Assembly (NCBI GenBank): GCA_000708835.1
Contig: DF237103.1
Coordinates: 1-64,000, forward strand
Source: Klebsormidium nitens
Lineage: Eukaryota > Plantae > Klebsormidiophyceae
Length of the DNA stretch: 64,000 nt
Reading direction: 5' to 3'
In this document: positions 1 through 11,258 of the stretch, piece after piece
Position numbering within the stretch: position 1 is the stretch's first letter
Layout: each line of letters opens with the position of its first letter
The notes under the pieces: generated by a model
Told to the model about the DNA's origin: nothing
What the model saw: the letters and a program-made list of their open reading frames with translations, nothing else
Databases searched by the model: none
Position numbers and translations under genes: made by a program

Positions 1-716
1 GGTCACCCATGTACTATATAATTATCATCTCTGTCTTTTTCGAACCCCATCATGATGCAGCCTTGGAGTCGGTTGATTCTCCATGTCTTTCGACTCAGTC
101 TCGATCAAATACGGCAAATACACGATTCGAGATGCCCTAGGGCCGCGATCGTTGATCAGCACCATGCAAGCGCACGAAAATAGCCAAAGGAATGCCGCGC
201 ATGCACAATACGGCACAAGCGAGTCCAGGTCTCCTTGAGCAAACCGAGTCGTCTTCGAGTCGGCTATAAACAAATTGAAGCATATACTCAGTAATGGGCC
301 ATGCTGCCCGCCTGGTGTGGCTGGACTCCTAGTGGACAACAAAGATGCACGTGATTTCGGTGTGGAGACTCTTTCTAAGATGCGGGCAACTTGTGCCTAG
401 CCCAATCCCTTCTGAACCTCAGCCGTTCGTTCTTGAACGGAAGATTCTGATGACAACCCGCATGTTCAACCTCAACCTGTTGCTTAATAGCCAAAATTTT
501 GAGTTGCCGCGCCGCGCCTCCAGCATTGCAACCCCTTCTCCGTTTGCCTTCAGAACTTGATTCGGAATGAGTAGAGCAACCTCTAGAACTTGCGCCGCTT
601 GGGGACACACTCGTCCCCTAGTGTCTCCGTAACCCCGTAGCACCAAATTCTCTTCTAAGTAATCACTGGTCAACGTTTTCGCACCCTTCTCTTTATGTGA
701 GTCAGGCCACGTGGCA

Positions 717-3700
717 TTACTCGCCCTTGGTAAGGGGGTCCACGTGGCACTGCGTCTGTATGAAAAACTCGGGACTGAAGTCCGCACCGAACACCTTCTC
801 CAGCCACCGCGTGTGGGAGCAGCACGGGTCCGAGATCGCCGACCCGTAGTAACCGTCCTGGGTGATAACCCACGGATATAACCTGAAAAATGTAAGTTAA
901 AAATGGTTATTACTAAACCGTAACAACGGATATTTGTAAACCCGTAGTAACCGTCCTTGGTAATGACCCACGGCCGTAACCTATAGATTCGGAGGTCAGA
1001 AAGTTGGTTAATGGCGCGCACCCTGAGTAACCCGTCCTTGGGGATGACCCAATTCCGTATCCTGCAAAAGTCGGACGTCAAAATGTTGGTCAGCGCCAAC
1101 CCGTAGTACCTGTCCTCGGCGATGACATAAAGCTGTACACCTGAAAAGACGGACGTCAAAAGTTCGTTAATTCGGACCGGTAGTAACCCGGCCTTGGTAA
1201 TGACCCCAAGCTGTACGCTAAAATGATGGACGTCAAAGAAGTGGTCAATGTTGACCCCGAAGTAACCCGTCCAAGGTGCTGACGCACGGCTGCAATTCAA
1301 ATAGAGGGAGTACGTCAGCCAGTTGGAAATGCCCAATCGTAGCAGCCCGTCTTGAGTGATGACTGCCCACGTAAGATGAACCGGTCACCAGCTCAGTTCA
1401 CGAAGTCTGCGCGGCCGTCTGGCCTCAAAATTGAATCAGTATTTTGAGAGCCGTTTGTAACCACTTTTCAGGAATGGCAGGAAGGATAAAGTCCAGCCCC
1501 AATCCGGCGAAACAGATTCGCAGTCAATACTGCTTTTCAAACCGGGGTCAATGTCTATTTAAGCGCACATGCTCTTCCGAAGAAACACGTTTGACTCAGA
1601 ACCGGTCGCAAGCTCGTCTTATGATTGATCTAGACCCAGGTCCCGATTCAAAGCGAGCGAAGCTGGTCAACGTGGAATTGCTGATAAACCTTACCAAAAT
1701 AAAAACAAGCCGAGATAATAAACGCTGCTGCTTATAATACGAAAACACAAACCCAAAAAGGTACCCGCTCCGCACCCTTGCCCACCCTATTACCCACAAA
1801 CCAACCCTACCCGTCCCAGTGTGGTTACCCTAACAGCGTTGCAGCTTCTTCTCGGCACCGTGTGATCGGCTTTGTCCGTGCACACACGGTGCCAAGACCC
1901 TCACGAAACTGCCGTCCGAAATTGAGACCGTTGGATCCGTGACGCCGTCGGAGAAAGCGGGTGACGTCAGGCAAACCCCGACGCCCACTCTAAGTTCCAT
2001 GTTTACCGTTAGGGATTCGTAACTTACCATACTTCTCTAGAATAGTTATATTAGGCTCAAGTTTTAGTACGAAAGTAGCTGATACTAAAAAGAAAAACCC
2101 AAATCATCACCCGCTCCGCACCCGTACCCACCCTAACCCCCATACCAAGCCTACCCGTCCCAGTTACTGTAACTTCAGCTTACTATACCTTTTCTAGACA
2201 ACACTTCACTTACCCGCCGAGGGCGGCCGCTGTTGACCCAAACGACGAGCCCCGAGAAATAATCAGCTGATGCGTATGGCTCAGCAGAAAGAGCTCCGCG
2301 ACCCCAATCTTTAACCCCGGTAGGTTATCCCGGTTTAACCCCTCTTTCCCGCCGGAGTCGAATACGGCATCCTCTGGTTGCATCAGCAGCGCAATGGAGC
2401 TGCGTGGAATAGCAGATCATTTAGGAGAACGAATGGCGTCTTTACGTTGATGACTTTCAAGAAAGAAACGGCATCTTCTGGTTGCATCAACAGCGCAATG
2501 GAGCTGCAGGGAATAGCAAATCGTCTAGGAGTGCGAATGTCCGTCTTTAACCTTGTTGCTTTCATAAGAAAACACGGCATCTTCTGGCTACATCAAGAAT
2601 GCAATGGAGCGGCACAGGATTTTAGGTTGTTAAGAAGCGGCATGTCTGTCGTTAACGATACTGTGAAACCCTGATCGAGCAAGCTACGAGGAACATTCAC
2701 AACATCATCTCGACTTGATTCTCAGGATCTTGTAGCAGCTGAAAGAAAAGTGTGTCTACGAGGCCGCTGACTTGTGGGAAAAGTGCAACCTGGGAAGCGT
2801 TACTTAAGCCGACAGGGCCAAAGTCCTGACGTTATTCATCAAGGAAAATCGGCTGGACTTTCTTGTAACGGTTGCCTTCTAAGTGTATGCCAAAGCTCAG
2901 AGTAAGATGCAGATCCAGATTCTACTTGTTTCGCGCGTTCTTCCTCGAAAAGGATCTGTCCTCTGACTGACTCCGCTTTGCACGGTTCCCGCAGTTTGGG
3001 CGAGCTTTCGTCGGTTTCTTAAAGGTTTTGTACATTCAATGCGAGACGTGTAACTCACGTGTTCTCAAGGTGCTTAACCCACGCATTTCGGACCGCCACC
3101 GAGTCGGCTGCGAGGTAGATTGCCGTGTCGTTGTCCGCAACGCCCTCGCGAAGCTGCACGTGGCAACAGACAACGGGGTTTCAGGAACGTCACGTGTCGA
3201 GACATCGTATCGAAGGGCTTGATGAGCGATGTCTCCCAAAGAACAATCTCGTAAGGTACACAATATCGCCTTTTGAATCTTCTCCAGTGGAATCAAGGTT
3301 CCATCTCACTAAACTAAACAGACGTCCTGTCGATGGACTTCAAAAGCGACGTTAATTTCGCAAGAACCAGTTTTGTGACGCACGATGTTGCGCACAATCC
3401 GCATTTGTTTACCTGTGACAGAGAAATCAAGCATTCACCTCACCAAACCACACAGACGTCACGGTCGAAGGGCTTTATGAGCGGTGTCAAGTTTGCAACA
3501 AATGATTATGTATTGCACAATTTCGACACAGGTATGGCAGCAGATTACAGACTGACGCCTACCTGTAACACGCGGGCCAAGTCGAAATAGCTCCTGTCAG
3601 TGTAGGTGCCCGGTTCCTGCACAAAGCGGTTGCGGTGTTAACAGGAGGTCAAGCAGAAGCCGAATGGTCACGCCTTTCGGGTCCACTTCACTTGAACTGT

Positions 3701-5674
3701 TCCTGCGCTGTTCTTGCCCTATCTCCACCTTGAGGCGATTGCAGTAAGCCCGACCGGTTATTTAGAAGGAAGAGAGACTAAAGATCGTCTCTCCTGATTC
3801 ATCCAGAAATGGCCCATTGTACTGCTGAGCACATACTTCGGAAAAGAACAAAGTCACATATGTTGAGACTTTCTGAAGAGAAAATTAGTCACATGTGATA
3901 TGACCCAGAACAGCCGTTTCTCAAACATGTCCGATCCGCAGTGCAGACAAAGTGAGTTCGGATGCAGAAGGTGGGGAGAGAAACTCCCCTGCTTGCTGAC
4001 TCACCCAATGATCAACCTTTGTCTGCCGTATCTGTACCCCAATAGTGAGCTTCCGAAAGCGCGCGCGCGCGGCAGCAACTACGTCCTGAATTTCCAGAGT
4101 TGGATGCACTAGGAAGTGTGCTAGCGCATGGAAAATGTGCCCTGGGGTGAAGAGGGGCCGCAGCGAGGGGCCGTGGATTGGGCTGGCCAGCCATAGGTGG
4201 GCTGAAATGCAAAGGGCGAAGATTACATCGTTGGTTAATAATGACACCATGCTGACCAGTGGTGGGTTCAGTCCGTGATCCAAATCCTTCACTGAGTGGT
4301 AATCGCAGACAGGCTTCAGCCGTAGGTGGGCTAAAAGCAACGATCTGACTATTTCATCTTCTGGATTAGTCTGCTGCCAAGATCCTCCATATCTGTCAAT
4401 GTGGGACTGGCCAACCATAGGTGGGCTGAAAGCAAAGGGCAAAAAATATCCGACCTTTGGGGTATGCGCTGGTTATTCTTTGCATCATTTTGCGGCTGCG
4501 TTCCTCCATCACATTCCAATCCGAGACTGGCCAGCCATAGGTGGGCTGAGAGCAAAGGGCAAAGATCGGGTGACGGGGGCAATGCGCTGTTGATTCTTTG
4601 GATTGCCTTGTAACTAAGGGGAGCCACTGGCACAGGTTGTTGCTCCCCTTGGACTTGCTTCTGGAATCCGGACTGATTGATTGATACAGGATCACCACTT
4701 TCTTAAAACACAATATAAGATGTGTCTCAGAAGCTTACGACTTGGAAATCTACATACTGGCCACATTTCAAAACACCAATGTCAGACGGGGCCTCTCCTA
4801 TCAGAAGTTCACCACTTCAGTCTCAACAAGGTCTCGACTTTCTTAAAACCCCAACGCAAGCCGCCTTTCCTATCCACTCAGGTTTCCTGCAAGGTCCCCT
4901 CTTTTTGAATACTCCAATGGTAAGACGCTTCTCCTATCAGAAGCTCACCACTCACAAGTCTTACAGATTTGCCACATTCTCAAAACACTGGCACTCGACG
5001 CGTCTCCCAGCCGACTCACCTGACCAGTCGTACAAGCCGTCGCTCCAAACCCATTGCAACCCGTCCCACTTGGAAAGCCTCTCTCGGTGGTCCACCAAAA
5101 AGTTGATGTGACTTGCGTCGCCGGATTCAAACCTCTTTCCCTTCAGCGTCTCATTGACCGCAGGGTAATCCCTAACCAAGTTAGCAAAGTCCATCTCCAG
5201 GGGCTGGTCAAACATGCGCGACCATGAGATTTCGCAGTTCACTCCCCCGGCGCAGTCATTGTAATCAATCACAAGCGTCCGGTTTGAGAGGAGCGCAACC
5301 ATGAATGCGGTCACAATGCCGGGAATCTTGTTCCCGTGCCCTGTGTAATGGAACGGCTTGTACAGGAAGAACTTGTGCTCTCGGGGAGCCTCCAGGCTCG
5401 CACGGTGACGCGCCGCATACTCGTCCCAAGCTCTTTCCAGCTCCGGGCTTATATGCAACGTCTGTGACCGTCCTTGAGACCCCGTGACTCGGACCCCAAC
5501 GACCCCCCCATTGGCAGGCTCCTTTGCACACCCCCCCCAGAGTGGCCCCGTGACGATCTCGCTGTTGAGAAGGTTGAGCACCAACAGGGTGCACATTACG
5601 TACCAAGCGACGCTTGGCCGCCATGGCCCTAGCTTTGGGGAGGATGATCCCCCGGGCCCTCTTGTTGGGATCAT
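717..5674 (-). CDS. GT37 (xyloglucan/arabinogalactan-type alpha-1,2-) fucosyltransferase-like protein, 6 exons, ~442 aa
   Basis: Phase-consistent exons 5674-5020, 4201-4005, 3616-3563, 3153-3083, 2399-2214, 882-717 (1329 nt), all GT-AG. N-terminal TM segment (AWYVMCTLLVLNLL). GT37-like motifs: YKPFHYTGHGNKIPGIVTAFMVALLSNRTLVID, IFHALAHFLVHP..IGVQIR, VAELFLLSHTHQLIISRGSSFGSTAAALGGLYPWVI, AISDPCCSH (cf. plant FUT1 GLGNR..ALLTDRVLLVD, AEIYLLS..STFGYVAQGLGGLKPW, SMEPCFH). Confidence 0.85.
842..1360 (-). repeat. Decaying tandem array (~72-98 bp period) of the 3' splice site plus first ~40 nt of fucosyltransferase exon 6
   Basis: Unit like tgggtcattaccaaggacggttactacggg (minus strand) recurs at ~842, 940, 1020, 1099, 1176, 1254, 1332. 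AG acceptors precede first bases at 882 (functional), 980, 1061, 1140, 1217, 1289. Confidence 0.85.
1763..2164. repeat. Intronic ~57-bp direct repeat (1763-1820 and 2109-2164)
   Basis: acccgctccgcaccc...cccaccct...accaa-cctacccgtcccagt occurs twice in fucosyltransferase intron 5. Confidence 0.75.
2363..2616 (-). repeat. Three ~105-bp tandem copies of acceptor plus start of fucosyltransferase exon 5
   Basis: acggcatc(c/t)tctgg..catca....gcaatggagc at ~2363, 2468, 2573. Acceptors at 2399 (functional) and 2503 (intact AG); AG lost at ~2609. Confidence 0.85.
4180..4560 (-). repeat. Four copies of acceptor plus start of fucosyltransferase exon 2
   Basis: ctggcca(g/a)ccataggtgggctga..gcaaagggc at ~4183, 4405, 4527 and a degenerate copy at ~4313. 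AG acceptors before 4201 (functional), 4330, 4425, 4545. Confidence 0.85.
4700..5020 (-). repeat. Degenerate repeats at the donor end of fucosyltransferase intron 1
   Basis: ctcctatcagaag(c/t)tcaccact at ~4795 and ~4931, and gccacatt(t/c)(t)caaaacac at ~4760 and ~4971, resemble the first ~60 nt of the intron. Confidence 0.55.
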
Positions 5675-6859
5675 GGAAGCAACTCAGGAGGGGCGGCGGG
5701 GCAGCATTGCGGTGCTCGCACCACTTGGACTCAGAACCACCATGCCGCAGCTGCTGCAAGTCTTGCCTTTCTGCCTTTGACTTTTCTTGCAGGTGTCTAG
5801 CTCCACGTCTGACCTGCTATGCATGCTTTCGGGCGCCATCCAGCTGCTGATGTGCGCAGGTTTGCTTTTCGTCTCTGACTGTTGGCCCGGCTTGCTTATA
5901 GAGCCTGGAGGTACCTCTACATTTGCGGCTCTGAATAGGAGACTGTGGGAGGTGGTGCATTATGTAGGTACCTTTTCATTCACTGCTTTCTTTCAACTTT
6001 GACCAGCTCGGGCGCTTTTGCACTATGATTGGCAGAGCCAGGAAGCAGTGGTGCAAGTTGCAACCGTGCAGTGCGCCCAGGGCCGAAGTGGACTCATGCA
6101 AATTGCGCAGACCGGTTTTAACGGGCCCGGTTCGGCCCGTCGAAAGGCGACTCCAGTTGTTCGAGGGGTGAGCTCGCAACTCTCGTTTCCGACGGCTTGA
6201 GGTCCGATGCTCCTGAACCCCTGCATGCACGTGCCTGTCCGGACCTCACTACTAACTAGCTTGCGTCAGGATCGCGCGGCCGGCCGCCGCTCGGCTTGTA
6301 ATGGACGGTCACGGTTTCTTAAGTCACTTCCGTCGGAGTTCAAGTTCTGTCCGACGATACCGGCGCGGCGCGCCTAAGGAATCATTGATTGTGATGCCGA
6401 TGGTCAAACAGTATGTGTAGTCAAGCCCATATTCTGAATAGTATTGCTCATAACACGTATACTTGTGTGATGCATACGTTTGCAGGCAAACGGCCGCATA
6501 TAGTATGTGTAAAGCTTCATTATGCAACGATATGTGCACCACGATGCAACAGACTTTGCGTGCCGCGACGTGAACTCAGGTGGTGCTCAGTGTGATAGCG
6601 AGTGACGCAGCACGACATGGCCATGGGCAGAATCGAATGCGCAGAGTACTTTATGCCAGGAAACATCCGATCATACTAGTTTTTTGGCAACTTCGCATTT
6701 GTACAAGATCACAAGGACCGGAGCTCCGACCAAATGATGTCTCTGCGACCAGAATTCGATGTATGCGCTTGCACTTGGACAGCGGGTCCGAACATCTGTC
6801 CAAGAAAACGTCACCGCAAATTTCCGAGCTTGTCCACCGCAGCCATGCTCGCCACCGCC

Positions 6860-9800
6860 CTACATATCAGCAACGGACCACAAGTACGCCTCGTTCGCCC
6901 TCGCCTGCTTCGCATTGCTTGCTTTCACCAACTCCTTTTCGAACCCAGTGCTCCGATCCACCCCGTCCCAGTGCCGGCCAGGCCGGATGCCGAACCGGTT
7001 GTACGGCGGGGCTAACCCCCGCTTTAACCAGCTGTGGGGAGGGATGTCCTGGGGCACGATGAAGCCCTGCGCTTTTAGGTCGTCCATGTCTAGTTGGCCG
7101 ACAAGGTCCGCTTCAGACGGCCCTTTGTTCTTGACGAGATGCGCCATCGGGTCCCCCCACCGGGAGCGGCTCTTGAGCATGTTGTCGAGATCTTTGTCGT
7201 CCCTGTGTGAAGGAAGAAACGACGTCAACAAATTTGGTGGATGGCCTGAGTTGCAGTCAAATGCTATCCGAGTTCCAATCACGTTCTGTAATGAACCTGT
7301 AACTCCAATCCGGAGACCTAGGAAAAAAAAACATTGAAGTCTGAAATCTTCGACGCAGACTGTTAGGTAACAAAGATACAAAGGTGACATGCTGAAGGAC
7401 TGTGCGAGGTGGGGTCAAGCTAAACGCAGGGAGACTCGCCCAAATGATGAGGGGTGTGCTTCGAGAAAAGTCAATCCAGAGTACTGCAGCAAGATGTCAC
7501 ATTGCGAAGCCGGCTCGGGCCGCTCAAAAGAAGCGGACGCCCATTTTGTCGTCGATAAGACAAAGCTGTCGGCGAATTCGCGTCAAGCGCTTTGGTAACA
7601 AACCAGAACTGCCGAACGACGTTCTGGTTTGAAGAGCGTCAAAACTCCCCTTCGCCTGTCCAACCAAGACAGGACGCAGGCATCCAAGCGTGTGCTCTGT
7701 CATTTGAAAAACGTGCCTTCTGCCTAAATTCCTAGCGCAACAACCAACAACCAAGGCGATCCTCAACAAAAGCTTTCTCGTACCGGTGACAATGAAGACA
7801 CCTCACGGCCAGAGACAGCCAGCACTGAAACAAACAGCGCGCCACCTCTCTTTGTTCTGGTCGCGACGTTTTGTTTCAGCCCACTATCAAGCTCTCAAAG
7901 CGCATCCAGAGCAATCAATCAGCCAGAAACAAGCAGACAAAGGAACGGAACGAACTCCGGAGCAAGCTGCAGGATCGGTCCGTGAGAAGCGGTATCGCGG
8001 TCTTCAAAAGCCTTTGTCAAAACGGCCAGGCGAATTTATGCAACTAACGCAAACCTGTCTGGATTCAGAAGCAACTCAAACGAGCGGTGTAGGGGGCGCA
8101 CGTTTGTTTCAGATAAAACCTATCACAGTCTGCCTGGCAACTGGCCTGTGCTCTTTTTGGTACGTCGTTTGTCCAGGTATTGTGATACCGTCAACCGTGC
8201 CGAAGACAGCTACCATGCACCGTGCTCGAAACATTCTCGCGGTCTCAAACGATGCCAAGACATCTTCCAGTGTAACGCCCCAAAGGATCCAATTTTGGCA
8301 AGAGGTTGGAGAATCAGAAGCAACCGGAACCTGACGCCTTACCTCGTCCTTGCAAACGGCTTGTTCCGCATATCGTCCAGCTCCCGCGCCTTGTCCTCCG
8401 CCGCCCGTTTCTGCGCCATGCCCTTTCCCCACTCGGGCGGGGGCTCCTCCTTCCGTTTCTTCGCCTCGGCTTCCGCCTGCGCTTTCAGCTCTTCTGCGGT
8501 GACCCGCCGCCCCGTCTTGTCTCGGTACACCGTCCCCGCGCCGCGCCCCGTCACCGCCGCGTCGAGCGCCGAGAATTTCTTCGCGTCTTGCGCTCGTTTC
8601 GCCTCAATCTCTCTCTGCAGATCTTTCCCCGTCCGTAGCCCCGCAAGCGTTCCGTCCGTCATCCTCGCCGGTTTTTCGCCCCCTGAAGGATTGCTAGCGT
8701 TCCTTGGAGGAGGCCCCTCAGGGGAGTCGTGGCGCGCTTTCCGGCGCGGGGGAGACAGATCCGGAGAGTCATGGTGTCGCTTCCTAGGAGGCGAGAGGTC
8801 CTGCTGATGTGGTGAGGGGGCGTGCCGGGCTCTGCGCGGGGGCGAGAGGTCGGGAGAATCCTGCCGTCGTCTTCTTGGTGGGGACGAATCAGGCGAAGCT
8901 TGTCTGGCTTTTCTAGGGGGGGACAGATCTGGGGCGACATCACGCCTGCTCTTCCTAGGGGGCGACAGGTCTGGCGAATCATGCCTGGCTTTTCTAGGGG
9001 GCGATAGATCAGGTGACGCTGGTCTTCCTTTCCGGGGGGGTGATAGGTCTGGGGAGCCACGTCGCGCTTTTCTTGAGGGCGAAAGATCAGGCGAGTCATG
9101 CCTCGCCTTCCGAGGTGGTGACAAATCAGGTGCGTTTTGCCGTGCCCTTCTAGGAGGCGACAGATCAGGAGAATCATGCCGCGCTCTACTGGGGGGTGAC
9201 ACGTCGGGCGAGTCGTGTCGAGCAGTCCGAGGTGGCGACAAATCAGGCGAATCGTTCCGCCTCTTCCGAGGGGGGGAGATGTCGGGAGAGCCATTACGCG
9301 CCTCCAAGTCCCTTCTTGCAGAAGTGTCTGCTGTGCCAACCTCCGTCCAGTTGCTTCCCTGCTTGGCTTGCATCTCCCGCAGCATGTCGAGCCTCAGCTT
9401 CATGCGGGTGTCGGCGTCCGCGACCACTTCAGGCGCTTCCTCAACTTCTGCAACAAATTAACAGAGACACATGGTCAATTCTAATGACTGATTTGCAAGC
9501 AAAAACCTGAAAGACAGAGCGACACCACTGTATTGCTAAGGGCCTAAAAGCTGAGAGCAAAGTATGAACCAGCGGAAACCGCTGAATTCAGCTCGTAGAG
9601 CGGACATGAAACCATGGAAAGCATCGAAATGGAAAGAAGCTGCACCGAAAGTGTGCACCTGTAATTGTTCACAGGAAAGTGGAATACAATGCGACACTTC
9701 GAATTTGACAGCAAATATACGATCATAAAAGCAACTAACAGCTCCAAGAACTGGATGAGCCAGTTGCATCCAAGCAGCTTCAGAGAATCCAACGAAAGTG

Positions 9801-10305
9801 AACAGTACAACATGCTGGGAAAACAAGGCTCTGGCTGCGAAAGCAGAGCAACACAAGAAGGTCCAGCACATGAATAAATAAAATTGAAGTTAATCTGATC
9901 TTTTGACCACTACAAGACAGACTGAATGATTATTTCTGTCCAAATTGGCTACCTATTTTAGGAATACTCCAAAAGATAGCGCTGTGGATGCTCAGAAATC
10001 CCCCCGTCAGTTTCTTAGTTGCATTCCTGGATAGAAATGGCGGCGCCAACAAACACTTGGTGCCGCTACGCTTTACAATCAAGGTCCAATATAAATAAGA
10101 ACTTACCTTCCTCCTCCTCGACAGGCTCTTCAATATTCTTTTGCCACGGCGCGTCCTCGTCATGAATGATAATCCCAGGCACCAGCTTTCTAACAGGTAC
10201 TGCTTCTTCTTTCCCCTTTTTTCGTTTCTTCTTCTTCTTTTTGTCCTCCTGGTCTCCTGCCCCACCCTCTGTGTACCGTTTTAAGTATTCCTGCAAGGAC
10301 GCCAT
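6860..10305 (-). CDS. BUD13: BUD13/CWC26 pre-mRNA splicing factor (RES complex), 3 exons, ~548 aa
   Basis: Exons 10305-10107, 9447-8343, 7202-6860. N-terminal MASLQEYLKRY..KKKKKKRKK, central DLSPPR repeats, C-terminal KPFARTRDDKDLDNMLKSRSRWGDPM and NRFGIRPGRHWDGVDRSTGFEK..AYLWSVADM, characteristic of Bud13. Confidence 0.95.
8690..9300 (-). repeat. Coding tandem repeat (R-K/H-D-S-P-D-L-S-P-P-R, ~14 aa / 42 nt, ~14 copies) in BUD13
   Basis: Visible in ORF 8339..9427; a known feature of BUD13 orthologues. Confidence 0.9.
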
Positions 10306-11258
10306 GACCTCCTCTCTCCAATTTGCTCGGCACCTTGATGCAAGGTCCCGCTACCCGAATGGCAAACCTACTGACCCTGTCGCCTGTATCCTGCAGCCTG
10401 CAGCAGTGCAGGCTGCAACAGCAGGGCAGCAGCACCAATCCTCCCTTCCAGAATGCCTTGCTGCCTAAGAACTAGTTTGAGCTGTTTTGGAGGCTTCTCC
10501 AACGACTACGGTAGGTTAATTCAAGTTGCACGCAAACCGACGGTCGTCGTTATCGTGCCAAACCGGATGGTCCGACTGGTCACGTTTGGTAGGACATGAT
10601 TGCGTGCTCATATATCTGTTCAGCTTCACATATCCTCTGCGTGGCGGCTTCTTGACGGTCCACGCTCAAATCGTACGGTTTTGGGCTGCATACTGCTACA
10701 GACACCTTTTCCCTCCACTCAGAATATGAGCAATAAAAAGCTCCAAATGAGACTGGGAACGGTAACATCACTGATCAGACACTTTTCCGATCCACGTGGA
10801 TCCTGCTTTTACACTTTTCACCAGATAATGGCTGGTTTCTGATTGGTCGAAGAGAGTACTGACGTAGGCAGTCTTCTCAAGTTCTCCTCACTCAGGCTGA
10901 GTCTGGCGCCCAGTCTGCACCTCATCAGCTGAGGATTTGCAGAAGGGTGGGCGTTCACTGTCCAGAGCTTCGTAGCCTTAGTAAAGAACATTTGGGGAGC
11001 GCATTGATTGTCCGTTATTTCAGCTTTTGCAGCTGCTAAGCTCCTGTGAAGCTGCGTAAGCGAGCGCGGGGACTGTAGACTGCCTGCACCAAAGGGTGGA
11101 GATTTTGAAGGAAACAGATAGTGCTATTGCTGGAAGAAAACTGGCAGGGGCGTCGCCGCGCAAGAGTGTAATTGAGGCGTAGAATGTGTAAAACCTGCCC
11201 AAGGGCCAAGTGACGCCTGGCAAACAATCTTTGCTCCTGAGGTGCTTCAGAAAGAGTC

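Noticed and set aside
419-1336. 305-aa minus-strand ORF with WVITKDG repeats and an 'FWLLSNRLRLNMRV' segment recalling a Helitron/PIF1 helicase motif
   Set aside because: The repeats are intronic copies of the fucosyltransferase exon-6 junction and the ORF overlaps that exon in another frame. No Walker A/B or Rep motifs are nearby.
842-1360. CRISPR-like repeat-spacer appearance (~31-nt conserved block every ~78 nt)
   Set aside because: The spacers are related to each other, the repeat is an exon start, there are no cas genes and the context is eukaryotic.
2771-2788. Possible 18-nt in-frame micro-exon in fucosyltransferase intron 4 (ttcccag|GTTGCACTTTTCCCACAA|gtcagc, minus strand)
   Set aside because: Not needed for frame and no homology support; undecidable without RNA-seq.
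8690-9300. SPPR tandem repeats as a novel repeat protein or satellite
   Set aside because: A known feature of BUD13 orthologues.
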